DNA of 64,000 nt, taken from positions 82,092 through 146,091 of the forward strand of contig CABMGN010000002.1 in assembly GCA_902385635.1 (NCBI GenBank), given 5' to 3'. Position numbers and translations under genes: made by a program. The notes beneath the pieces were generated by a model that was not told where the DNA came from, ran no database searches, and saw nothing but the letters and a program-made list of their open reading frames with translations. Source of the stretch: an uncultured archaeon (GTDB taxonomy: Archaea > Nanobdellota > Nanobdellia > Pacearchaeales > GW2011-AR1). This document shows, piece by piece, positions 52,561 through 60,899 of the stretch; the stretch's first letter is position 1, and every line of letters starts with the position of its first letter.

Positions 52561-53676
52561 ATGGAAAATGCTGAAAAAATTGTTCAACAATTACTCTCTC
52601 TTGCAGATGTGAAAATTGGGGGAAACAGGCCCGGAGACATAAAAGTTAATACCCCTGAGTTTTACTCTCGCGTTCTTGGTGGAGGCTCTCTAGCTCTTGG
52701 AGAGTCGTACATGGATGGATGGTGGGACTGTAAGGAGCTTGATGTTTTCTTTGACAAGATTTTACATGCAGAGATAGATAAGAAAGCCATGAGACTGAAA
52801 AATGTTGTTCTTCCGTTCTTAAAGGCTAAACTGACAAATATGCAGACTAAAAGCAAGGCAAAAGAAGTTGGAGAAAAACACTATGATGTTGGAAATGATT
52901 TGTATAAATTAATGTTAGACAAAAGGATGTGTTATAGTTGTGGGTACTGGAAAAATGCAAAAACTTTAGATGAGGCGCAAGAAGCTAAACTTGACTTAAT
53001 ATGCAAAAAACTTAAGCTGAAAAAGGGTATGAAAGTTTTGGATATTGGGTGCGGCTGGGGAAGTTTTGCAAAGTTTGCAGCTGAAAAGTACGGCGTAAAG
53101 GTTGTTGGTATTACTATTTCAAAAGAACAGGCTAAATTAGCACAAGAAAGATGTGAAGGCCTTCCTGTAGAAATAAGACTTGAAGATTATAGAAATATTA
53201 CAGAGAAGTTTGATAGGATTTTATCTATCGGAATGTTTGAACATGTTGGTCCAAAAAATTACAAAGAGTATATGACTGTTGTTCATAGATGTCTTAATGA
53301 TGAAGGACTCATGATGATTCACACAATTGCAGGAAATAAATCTGTTACTTCGCTAGAACCGTGGTTTCACAAGTATATTTTTCCAAATGGGGTTTTACCC
53401 TCAGCAAAACAGATAACAACTGCCGCAGAAGGATTATTTATTTTAGAGGATTGGCATAGTTTCGGCCAGTATTATGATAATACTCTAATGGCTTGGCTTG
53501 AAAACTTCAAGAAAAACTGGGGTAAGATAGAAAATCAGTATAATGAAAGATTTTACAGGATGTGGGTTTATTATTTATCTAGTTGCGCAGGATCGTTCAG
53601 AGCTAAAAAAAATCAGTTGTGGCAGATAGTTTATTCTAAGATTGGTTCAACAGAGTTTTATGAAAGGGTTTGTTAA
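52561..53676 (+). CDS. cfa: Cyclopropane-fatty-acyl-phospholipid synthase family methyltransferase
   Basis: HYDVGNDLYKLMLD, SCGYW, VLDIGCGWGSFAKFAAEKYGVKVVGITISKEQ, SIGMFEHVG, IFPNG.LPS and YYLSSCAGSFRA are the full CFA/mycolic acid synthase motif set. Confidence 0.8.
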   Translation: MENAEKIVQQLLSLADVKIGGNRPGDIKVNTPEFYSRVLGGGSLALGESYMDGWWDCKELDVFFDKILHAEIDKKAMRLKNVVLPFLKAKLTNMQTKSKAKEVGEKHYDVGNDLYKLMLDKRMCYSCGYWKNAKTLDEAQEAKLDLICKKLKLKKGMKVLDIGCGWGSFAKFAAEKYGVKVVGITISKEQAKLAQERCEGLPVEIRLEDYRNITEKFDRILSIGMFEHVGPKNYKEYMTVVHRCLNDEGLMMIHTIAGNKSVTSLEPWFHKYIFPNGVLPSAKQITTAAEGLFILEDWHSFGQYYDNTLMAWLENFKKNWGKIENQYNERFYRMWVYYLSSCAGSFRAKKNQLWQIVYSKIGSTEFYERVC

Positions 53677-54083
53677 AACCCTAGGCTGTTAAAAAAAGTT
53701 GTAAGAGAATCCTTAAAGAAAAGTATTCCAAATAAAGCTCCAACTAAAATTACTAAAACAACTATAAGAAGTATTATCCAACCTGTTCCAATATTTTTTT
53801 GTTGGGGGGCTTGCGGAGCTAATTGTTGTGGTGGTTGTGAAGGGAGGGGTGTTGGAGGTTGAGAAATTGAAGGTGTGGGTAAGGGTGGAAACTTTTGTAG
53901 AGTTGGTTGTTGAGGCATTATTGGTTGAGGGGTTGGCATAACTCCGGTTTGTAAATAATGGGAAGCTTCTTCAACTTCCTCTTGAGAATAACCTGCATTT
54001 GTAAAACTCTGCATTGCTCTCTGTAAAGATTCGCCTCTAGCAATAGCTTGTTTTAATCCTTCAAGAACTTCTATAGTCACCAT
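53673..54083 (-). CDS. Tail-anchored protein: small helical N-domain, Pro/Gln-rich linker, C-terminal TM
   Basis: N-domain LQRAMQSFTNAGYSQEEVEEA. Linker PTPQPIMPQQPTLQKFPPLPTP...QPPQQLAPQAPQQ. TM WIILLIVVLVILVGALFGILFF. Confidence 0.5.
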   Translation of the reverse strand: MVTIEVLEGLKQAIARGESLQRAMQSFTNAGYSQEEVEEASHYLQTGVMPTPQPIMPQQPTLQKFPPLPTPSISQPPTPLPSQPPQQLAPQAPQQKNIGTGWIILLIVVLVILVGALFGILFFKDSLTTFFNSLGF

Positions 54084-54141
54084 CTTTTGTTAAGATATTA
54101 AGGAAGTTACGATTTATAAATATTGATTCAGAGGGTGATAA

Positions 54142-55485
54142 CTAAACTTTTAGAATTTTCCCGTTAGAAGCTAAGTGAACTGTTTTGCCTAATTCATAAC
54201 CCATTTCTTTTGCAAGATCAACCATTGGTGTTTCCTGTGTTAAAGATCCGTGAGCAGGAATTATATGCTCTGGTTTTAGCATATCAACTAGTTCTCTAAG
54301 ATCTTCTCTTCCTCCGTGACCAGAAACGTGAATGTCTGTTTGTAATCTGACACCCATCTTTCTTAATTTTTTATCCATCTTATCTCTTGAAGCAATATTA
54401 ACTGGCGCAGGAATTACACTTGAAGAGAAAATTAAGTGATCTCCGGGTCTAAAGTTAAAGGGCGTTTCTCCGTTGACAATTCTGTCAAGAATTGATCCTG
54501 GTTCTGCCTGATGACCTGTACAAACAATAAGATATTTCCCTCTTTCTTTCTCTATATGTTTTAGTAAAGAATTTATTTGTTTTCTATATTTCATTAACTT
54601 AATTTGCTTCTGGAACGGACACTGCCCGACTTGAATTGCACAAGTTACGTATTTGTTAAGGCTCCTTCCCAAAAAGATAATTTGTCTGTTTGTCCTTTTT
54701 CCGAATTCAACTATACTCTTCAGTCTTGATATATGGCTTGAGAATGTTGTAATAAATAACGCAGAATCTCTATCTCTAACATAAGAAAGAGCATCCTCAA
54801 GGAGGTTTCTAGCAATTCTTTCACTTGCAGTTCTTCTATCTGTGCCAGAGTAAAGCGCATCTGCAACAAGAACCTTAACTCCTTGCTTTCCTAGTTCTCT
54901 TAATCTCTTATAGTTTGGTGGATCCCCAATACCAGGGTAGTTGTCAAATTTAAAATCAAGGGCGTAAAAAAATCTTCCTTCTTTTGAATGCCAGACAGCG
55001 AATAAACACTGAAGAGTTGAGTGTGTTGTATTTATGAATTCTAATTTTATTTCTCCTGAAGAACCTTTAACAGATACTTGAGAATTTTGTTTTGCAATTG
55101 TTAGTTTATTCCGTATTGGAAGTTTCTCATCTTCTATTAGGGTTTTGAAAACAGCCATCGTGAACGGGCTTGCAATTATTTCTGCTTGAGGGTATCTATG
55201 GGCAATCCAGGGTAAGCCGCCAACATGGTCTAGATGTGCATGAGAAATAATAATCGCACGAACTTTATCTGTCCAGCCTAGTTTGTCCAGTGCAACATCG
55301 TCAGGTATTGCTTTAATACTTCTTAGTAATTTTTCAGAATATTTTTCTTGGGTCTCTGCTTCTTGAAGTTCTACAACAGCAGGCAAGTAAAGTCCAGCGT
55401 CGAAAATTATTACATCATCACCTACTTTGACGGCAGTCATATTTTTTCCTACTTCTTCAAATCCACCTATAGTGCAAATTTCCAT
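54142..55485 (-). CDS. rnj: Archaeal RNase J (metallo-beta-lactamase/beta-CASP ribonuclease)
   Basis: ISHAHLDHVGGLPW, beta-CASP region, and HVSGHGGREDL and PAHG C-terminal motifs. The roughly 447-aa length is typical of aRNase J. Confidence 0.8.
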   Translation of the reverse strand: MEICTIGGFEEVGKNMTAVKVGDDVIIFDAGLYLPAVVELQEAETQEKYSEKLLRSIKAIPDDVALDKLGWTDKVRAIIISHAHLDHVGGLPWIAHRYPQAEIIASPFTMAVFKTLIEDEKLPIRNKLTIAKQNSQVSVKGSSGEIKLEFINTTHSTLQCLFAVWHSKEGRFFYALDFKFDNYPGIGDPPNYKRLRELGKQGVKVLVADALYSGTDRRTASERIARNLLEDALSYVRDRDSALFITTFSSHISRLKSIVEFGKRTNRQIIFLGRSLNKYVTCAIQVGQCPFQKQIKLMKYRKQINSLLKHIEKERGKYLIVCTGHQAEPGSILDRIVNGETPFNFRPGDHLIFSSSVIPAPVNIASRDKMDKKLRKMGVRLQTDIHVSGHGGREDLRELVDMLKPEHIIPAHGSLTQETPMVDLAKEMGYELGKTVHLASNGKILKV

Positions 55486-55538
55486 TTTCTCTTTTTATAA
55501 AAAATTAAACAGAAGGAAGTTTAAAAATTCTTGTAAAT

Positions 55539-55949
55539 TTAATAAAAAGAAGGATCAGAAGTACTCATAATTTTAGCAAGAGTAGATGTTTCAAATCCCT
55601 GCGCAGCCAGTTCTTCTAATAATTGGGGTTCTTGATCTTTAATTCTCCCCATAGAACGTAGAAGACTTCCTTGAATATACAAAAGAGAATCTGTATCTGA
55701 GTATTTATCCCTCTCTTCAAGATAAGAAAGATATTCTTTTGCAGCAGAGGTTATCTCCCAAAATCTCCCCTTATTAAGTCTGAGGGCAGTAACAATTGGT
55801 TTTAGTGGTTTGTCTGAATCATTAAGGTTACGATAGACTCTTCGTCCAACCACAAATCCTCTACCGTTCTCACTAGAAAAGCATTTTTCACCTTCGGAAT
55901 TTTCAAAATAGTATACTAGCTTATCTTCGGACATTTTGGTTAGGATCAT
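55539..55949 (-). CDS. Hypothetical 136-aa protein (orphan)
   Basis: Clean ORF with no recognised motif. Confidence 0.4.
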   Translation of the reverse strand: MILTKMSEDKLVYYFENSEGEKCFSSENGRGFVVGRRVYRNLNDSDKPLKPIVTALRLNKGRFWEITSAAKEYLSYLEERDKYSDTDSLLYIQGSLLRSMGRIKDQEPQLLEELAAQGFETSTLAKIMSTSDPSFY

Positions 55950-56014
55950 AGAAAAAAATTGTTTAAAAACGTTTTGGAAGTAACTTTTAATAATAGAGAA
56001 TTCTTTAGTATATT

Positions 56015-56287
56015 ATGAAATCCCTAAAACCCTCTATGCGTGAGAAGAAGAGGTATCTTTTAGTTAGAGGGAAGAAAGAAGGAATTTATAATGCTATTAG
56101 AGATTTTCTTGGAACATCGGGAATGGCTAAGGTTTCTTTGAGTTTTATCAAAATTGATCCGGATAAGTCTATTATTTCTGTAAATAGAGAGGCTCTAGAT
56201 CAAGTTAGGGCTGCAATTTGTATCTGGCCTGAAAAAATGGAAGTTCTGAGAGTTTCTGGAAGCTTAAAGCAGTTGAAGAAGAATTAG
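56015..56287 (+). CDS. RNase P protein component Pop5 (Rnp2), short form
   Basis: PSMREKKRYLLV (compare LRxKxRYI/L) at the N-terminus and RVSGSLKQLKK (compare SGTIKK) at the C-terminus. At 90 aa it is shorter than typical Pop5. Confidence 0.6.
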   Translation: MKSLKPSMREKKRYLLVRGKKEGIYNAIRDFLGTSGMAKVSLSFIKIDPDKSIISVNREALDQVRAAICIWPEKMEVLRVSGSLKQLKKN

Positions 56288-56656
56288 TTATCTGAATCTA
56301 AACCAAGAAAAAGGGTTTAAAACCGGCGATAGTGAAGAGCGTCTTCTTTTTGGCGCAGGTTTGGGGTTTTCTTCCTTAGGGAGCTCTTCTTCAGGCCTTT
56401 GGATAAGGTTATAAAAAATTCCGAATTCAGTAACTAACTTTGGGGAGTATCCCAGTTCTAGTGCTATTTGCTCCACAGACTTTTCAGCCCTTAATCCTAC
56501 CCTCAAGAAGTCTCTTAACTGAGACTCTAAGTTTAATAAACCCGCTGTAGGCAAATTGAATTTCCGAGCTATATAATCAGGGCTAACTCCCCTCCAACGG
56601 TAGTCTACCAGAAGTTCTAGCTGCTTTTCGGTAAGATAGCTTCGGTCTAGAGTCAT
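56288..56656 (-). CDS. Hypothetical protein with two HTH-like segments (sigma-70 region 4 / LuxR-like), basic tail
   Basis: LTEKQLELLVDYRWRGVSPDYIARKFNLPTAGLLNLESQL resembles a region-4-type HTH. A second candidate is SVEQIALELGYSPKLV. C-terminal KPAPKRRRSS. Confidence 0.45.
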   Translation of the reverse strand: MTLDRSYLTEKQLELLVDYRWRGVSPDYIARKFNLPTAGLLNLESQLRDFLRVGLRAEKSVEQIALELGYSPKLVTEFGIFYNLIQRPEEELPKEENPKPAPKRRRSSLSPVLNPFSWFRFR

Positions 56657-56820
56657 TTACTCGACTATATAAAATTCTTTATAATAATTACTGATATCAT
56701 ATGCTAAAAGAGCTAAAAAAGGGTCCCAGAAAGGTTTTTAAATTCTTCATTTCTCTAGCTTTTGAAGAGAATAAAAACGCGGATATAAACTATTATTAAA
56801 TTCTCTAGAAATAGATTAAA

Positions 56821-57552
56821 ATGGATATGCCAACAGATATGCAGCATCAGGCAATGGGTTATGATCGAACAGCTACTATGTTCAGCCCGGACGGCCACTT
56901 GTTGCAGGTAGAATATGCTGAAAAGACTGTAAGATTAGGTAGCGCTAGCATAGGTATGGTTTGCGCTGATGGTGTTTTTATTATTTCTGATAAAAGAGTA
57001 GAAGATAAACTAATTATTCCTAAGTCTGCTGTGAAGGTTCACGAAGTTGACTCACATATTATTGCAACAGTTGCAGGAATTGTTTCTGATGCAAGAGTAC
57101 TTATTGAAAGAGCTCAGGTAATTGCTCAGCAGCACAGAGTAACTTACGATTCTCCTGTTGAACCTGAAATGGTAATCAAGGATATTGCAAACATAAAGCA
57201 GCAATTCACACAGTATGGGGGAGCAAGACCTTTCGCTGTTTCTATGATGCTTGCCGGATTGAATCAAAATACAAATGGTGGAAAGCCAGAATTGTTCACA
57301 AGCGATATTACTGGAAATTATTTTTCTTACTATGCAAATGCGATTGGAGAGAATGATGAGAAAATGAAAGAAATGTTGAGAGAAAAATACAAACAAGATT
57401 TAGATTTAAAGAAAGGAATTAAATTAGCATTAGAGATCTTTGAGCAAGTTCAGGGACCAAAGTTCAAGGTTAGTAGATTTGAACTAGCATTAATCAGAAC
57501 AAAGACCGGTAAGATTGAGAGGCTTGAAGGATCTCAGATTAAAGATTTCTAA
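56821..57552 (+). CDS. psmA: Proteasome alpha subunit
   Basis: YDRTATMFSPDGHLLQVEYAEK is the alpha-subunit signature. Length and remaining pattern are typical. Confidence 0.9.
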   Translation: MDMPTDMQHQAMGYDRTATMFSPDGHLLQVEYAEKTVRLGSASIGMVCADGVFIISDKRVEDKLIIPKSAVKVHEVDSHIIATVAGIVSDARVLIERAQVIAQQHRVTYDSPVEPEMVIKDIANIKQQFTQYGGARPFAVSMMLAGLNQNTNGGKPELFTSDITGNYFSYYANAIGENDEKMKEMLREKYKQDLDLKKGIKLALEIFEQVQGPKFKVSRFELALIRTKTGKIERLEGSQIKDF

Positions 57553-57553
57553 A

Positions 57554-58228
57554 ATGACGCAGACAACCGCAAGAATAAAAAAGAAGGGAAAGGAATTTGA
57601 GATTCTTGTTGATATGGATGCTGCAATGAATTTTAAGAAAGGGGTTTCTAAATCTGTTGATTTTTTGGAAATTGATAGAGTTTTTACTGACGCTAAAAAA
57701 GGAAATGTTGCTCCTGAGAAAGATTTAATGGAGTGTTTCGGAACAAGCGATGCAGGAGATATTGCTGCTGAAATTGTAAAGAATGGTGAAGTTCTTGTTA
57801 CACAAAAATTCAGAGACGAAGAAATGGAGAAAAAGTACAAGCAAGTTGTTGATTTCCTTGTTAAAAATGCTATTGATCCTAAAACAGGTTTACCTCATAC
57901 TCCCGAGAGAATTAAGTCTGCACTAGAACAATCTCATGTTAATATAAAAAATGCTCCTGTTGAAACCCAAGTAAAAGAGATTATGGAAGCTGTTAGTAAG
58001 ATTATCCCAATAAAAATTGCTGTTAAAAAGGTAAAGCTTATTATTCCAGCAATGCACACCGGAAGAGCTTACGGGATTGTAAGTCAGTATATTACAAAAG
58101 AAGAGTGGTTGAATAACGGAGATTTGGAAGTACTTGTTGAAGTGCCTGCTGGAGCAATTTTAGACTTTTACGAAAAACTAAACTCAGTAACTCATGGAAG
58201 TGCCCTGAGTGAAGAAGTGAAAGATTAA
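57554..58228 (+). CDS. sdo1: SBDS/Sdo1 ribosome maturation protein
   Basis: ARIKKKGKEFEILVD N-terminal FYSH-domain signature. Conserved position between psmA and rrp4. Start moved to the ATG at 57554. Confidence 0.8.
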   Translation: MTQTTARIKKKGKEFEILVDMDAAMNFKKGVSKSVDFLEIDRVFTDAKKGNVAPEKDLMECFGTSDAGDIAAEIVKNGEVLVTQKFRDEEMEKKYKQVVDFLVKNAIDPKTGLPHTPERIKSALEQSHVNIKNAPVETQVKEIMEAVSKIIPIKIAVKKVKLIIPAMHTGRAYGIVSQYITKEEWLNNGDLEVLVEVPAGAILDFYEKLNSVTHGSALSEEVKD

Positions 58229-58260
58229 TAAACTCACAAAAAAATCAAATATAAACAAAA

Positions 58261-58938
58261 ATGACAAACGAATCAGCGTCGAGAAAAGTGATTGTCCCTG
58301 GCGAAGTAATAGTTAAGGGAAAAGAGTATTTACCTGGTGAAGGAACAGAGAAAAAAGGAGAAGAGATAGTTGCAATGAGATTTGGCTTGGTTGAGGAAGT
58401 TGATAGAATTGTAAAAGTCATCCCGCTTTCAGGAGTTTATCAGCCAAGAAGAGGAAATGTTGTTATAGGAAAAGTTGAGATGGTTACATTCAACGGATGG
58501 GTTCTAAATATTGGTGCAGCAGATACTGGATTCTTATCTCTAATGGAAGTTCCAAGGTTTGTTAACAAAGATGCCATGGATGAAGTAATGTCAATTGGAG
58601 ATATGGTTGTTGCTAAAATCTGGGCAATAAATCAGAGAGGAATTGATTTAAGCTTGAAACAAAAGGGTCTTGGAGTAATTGATGAAGGAATGATTATGAA
58701 AATAAACTCAAATAAAGTTCCAAGAGTAATTGGAAAAGAAGGAAGCATGATTAAGTTAATTAAAGATGAAACAGGATGTAATATTACTGTCGGACAAAAC
58801 GGATTGATTTGGGTACAGGGAAAAAATGTTGAAGACGAACTTTTCGCAAAGAGAGCAATTCTTTTTGTTGAGGAAAAATCATACTTACACGGATTAACAG
58901 ATGAGTTAACTAAATGGTTTAAGGAAAATAAAAAATGA
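58261..58938 (+). CDS. rrp4: Exosome complex RNA-binding subunit Rrp4 (S1 + KH)
   Basis: VVPGEVI N-domain, S1 region GNVVIGKVEMVTFNGWVLNIG and KH region VPRVIGKEGSMIKLIKDETGCNITVGQNGLIWV. Confidence 0.85.
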   Translation: MTNESASRKVIVPGEVIVKGKEYLPGEGTEKKGEEIVAMRFGLVEEVDRIVKVIPLSGVYQPRRGNVVIGKVEMVTFNGWVLNIGAADTGFLSLMEVPRFVNKDAMDEVMSIGDMVVAKIWAINQRGIDLSLKQKGLGVIDEGMIMKINSNKVPRVIGKEGSMIKLIKDETGCNITVGQNGLIWVQGKNVEDELFAKRAILFVEEKSYLHGLTDELTKWFKENKK

Positions 58939-59648
58939 CAACAAAAGAATTCAAAAGAAACGATGGAAGAAAGCCGATGGAGCTAAGACCAATCAAAGCT
59001 AAAGTTGGAGTTGTTCCTAATGCTGACGGAAGTGCAATGTACCAGTCAGGAGACACTATTGCTATTGCTGCTGTTTACGGACCAAAACAAATGCACCCAC
59101 AACACTCACAAAATCCAGAGAAAGGAACACTAAGATGTACTTACATTATGAATTCATTCTCTGTTTCAGAGAGAGCAAAGATGGGACCAAACAGAAGAAG
59201 CCAGGAAATTTCTAAGATTACTGAATGGGCTTTGGAACCTGTTTTAATGTTAAAAGATTATCCTTCTCAGGTTATTGATGTTCATGTAAATATTATTCAG
59301 GCAGATGGTGGAACAAGATGTGCTGGAATTAATGCTGCATCAATGGCTCTTGCTCATGCCGGAATACCTATGAAGAGTTTAGTTACAAGTGTTTCTTGCG
59401 GAAAGTTAGATAAGACTCTTGTTCTGGATATTAATGGTTATGAAGATTCTAAGTTTGACGAAGGAGAGGGAAGTACAGATATTCCTATTTCTGTAACAAA
59501 AGATGGAAGTTTGACTCATATGCAATTAGATGGAAAGATAAGCGTTGATCAATTAAAAGAAGCTGTTCAGGCTGCAAGAGAAGCTTGTAAAGAAATTTAT
59601 GATGTTCAGAAAGAAGCCTTGAAGAAATCAGTTGGAGGAGAAAAATGA
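58935..59648 (+). CDS. rrp41: Exosome complex exonuclease Rrp41 (RNase PH-like)
   Basis: RNDGRKPMELRPIKAKVGVVPNADGSAMYQSGDTIAIAAVYGP and QADGGTRCAGINAASMALAHAGIPM. Confidence 0.85.
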   Translation: MTTKEFKRNDGRKPMELRPIKAKVGVVPNADGSAMYQSGDTIAIAAVYGPKQMHPQHSQNPEKGTLRCTYIMNSFSVSERAKMGPNRRSQEISKITEWALEPVLMLKDYPSQVIDVHVNIIQADGGTRCAGINAASMALAHAGIPMKSLVTSVSCGKLDKTLVLDINGYEDSKFDEGEGSTDIPISVTKDGSLTHMQLDGKISVDQLKEAVQAAREACKEIYDVQKEALKKSVGGEK

Positions 59649-60442
59649 TGGAAACACCAAGAATCAACGGAGAAAGGATAAGAAGATATTTATCAGAAGG
59701 AAAAAGATTTGACGGAAGAAAGATGGATGAATTCAGAAATATTCAAATTGAATTAGGAATTTCTAAGAAAGCAGAAGGAAGTGCTAGAGTTAGAATAGGA
59801 AAAACAGAAGTTATTGTAGGAATCAAGATGGATGTTGGAGAACCTTACCCAGATTCACAAGATAAGGGAAATCTAGTTACATCTGCAGAATTACTTCCAC
59901 TAAGTTCTCCGAGAATTGAGCTAGGAAAGCCAGGATTTGATTCTATAGAGATGGGAAGGATAATTGATAGATGTATAAGAGAGAGCAAGTTCATTAATTT
60001 TGAAAAACTTTGTATTAAAGAAGGAGAAAAAGTCTGGAATGTTTTTGTAGATATTTATTCAATAAATGACGACGGTAATTTACTTGATGCTGCAGGAATA
60101 GCTGCTATTGCTGCTTTGAAATCAGCTAAGATGCCCGGATATAATGAAGCAACAGGAAAAGCAGACTATGAAAAGCATGCTGGAAAAATTCCGTTGAGTG
60201 ATGATTTCCCAATTTCAATAACTTTCCACAAGATAGGAGATAACTTTATTGTTGATCCAACACGAGAGGAAGAAGATTTCAGCGAAACAAGAGTTACAAT
60301 CGGAAGCCTTAAGGGAACAATTGCATCAATGCAGAAAGGAGAGACAGAAGTTATTACATTTGAAGATTTAAGTAAACTTTTAGAGCTTGTTGGGAAAGTT
60401 TACAAAGATGTTGCTAAGGAAGTAGAAAAGCAGGTAAAGTAA
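59645..60442 (+). CDS. rrp42: Exosome complex subunit Rrp42 (RNase PH-like)
   Basis: GKRFDGRKMDEFRNIQIELGISKKAEGSARVRIGKTEVIVGIK and NDDGNLLDAAGIAAIAALKSAKMP. Confidence 0.85.
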   Translation: MMETPRINGERIRRYLSEGKRFDGRKMDEFRNIQIELGISKKAEGSARVRIGKTEVIVGIKMDVGEPYPDSQDKGNLVTSAELLPLSSPRIELGKPGFDSIEMGRIIDRCIRESKFINFEKLCIKEGEKVWNVFVDIYSINDDGNLLDAAGIAAIAALKSAKMPGYNEATGKADYEKHAGKIPLSDDFPISITFHKIGDNFIVDPTREEEDFSETRVTIGSLKGTIASMQKGETEVITFEDLSKLLELVGKVYKDVAKEVEKQVK

Positions 60443-60473
60443 AGTTTAAAACCCTGAAATTAATATTTTTAAC

Positions 60474-60860
60474 ATGGCTGACGCAAAACAATTCACAAAG
60501 TACGAAATTGCAAGAATTCTGGGAGCAAGGGCTTTACAAATTGCAATGAATGCTCCGTTACTTATTAAGATTAGCGATGCTGATTTAGAAAAGATAAAGT
60601 TTGATGCTCTTAAGATTGCAGAAGTTGAGTTAGAATCTGGTGTTCTACCTATTTCTGTTAAGAAACCTTTCCCATTGAAAAAGGAAGGAAAATTAAAGAG
60701 AGTTGCTAGTCTGGATAGAGTTAGTGAAGAGAAATTGAAAGAACTTGAAGAAGAGGAAGAAGGAGATATTTCTTCTGAAGGCGAAATCATGGCTCTTGCA
60801 AATCCAGAAGAAGAGATGGATGAAGAGCTTAATGAAGAAGTAGAAAGTTTTGAAGAGTAA
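60474..60860 (+). CDS. rpoK: DNA-directed RNA polymerase subunit K (Rpo6) with acidic C-terminal extension
   Basis: FTKYEIARILGARALQIAMNAPLL is the Rpo6/omega core. About 60 extra C-terminal residues are rich in Glu (ELEEEEEGDISSEGE...EEEMDEELNEEVESFEE). Confidence 0.75.
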   Translation: MADAKQFTKYEIARILGARALQIAMNAPLLIKISDADLEKIKFDALKIAEVELESGVLPISVKKPFPLKKEGKLKRVASLDRVSEEKLKELEEEEEGDISSEGEIMALANPEEEMDEELNEEVESFEE

Positions 60861-60899
60861 GCCCGCAATATTTATTAATTCTCAAAAGTTTATTCTATA

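Noticed and set aside
56701-56799. 32-aa ORF (MLKELKKGPRKVFKFFISLAFEENKNADINYY) in the psmA upstream spacer
   Set aside because: It is too short, has no features, and lies in an AT-rich promoter region, so there is no support for coding.
60446-60868. Minus-strand 140-aa Ser-rich ORF opposite rpoK, and 62078-62314 opposite rps2
   Set aside because: They are antisense shadows of Glu/Lys-rich coding sequence. The plus-strand products carry the Rpo6 and uS2 signatures.
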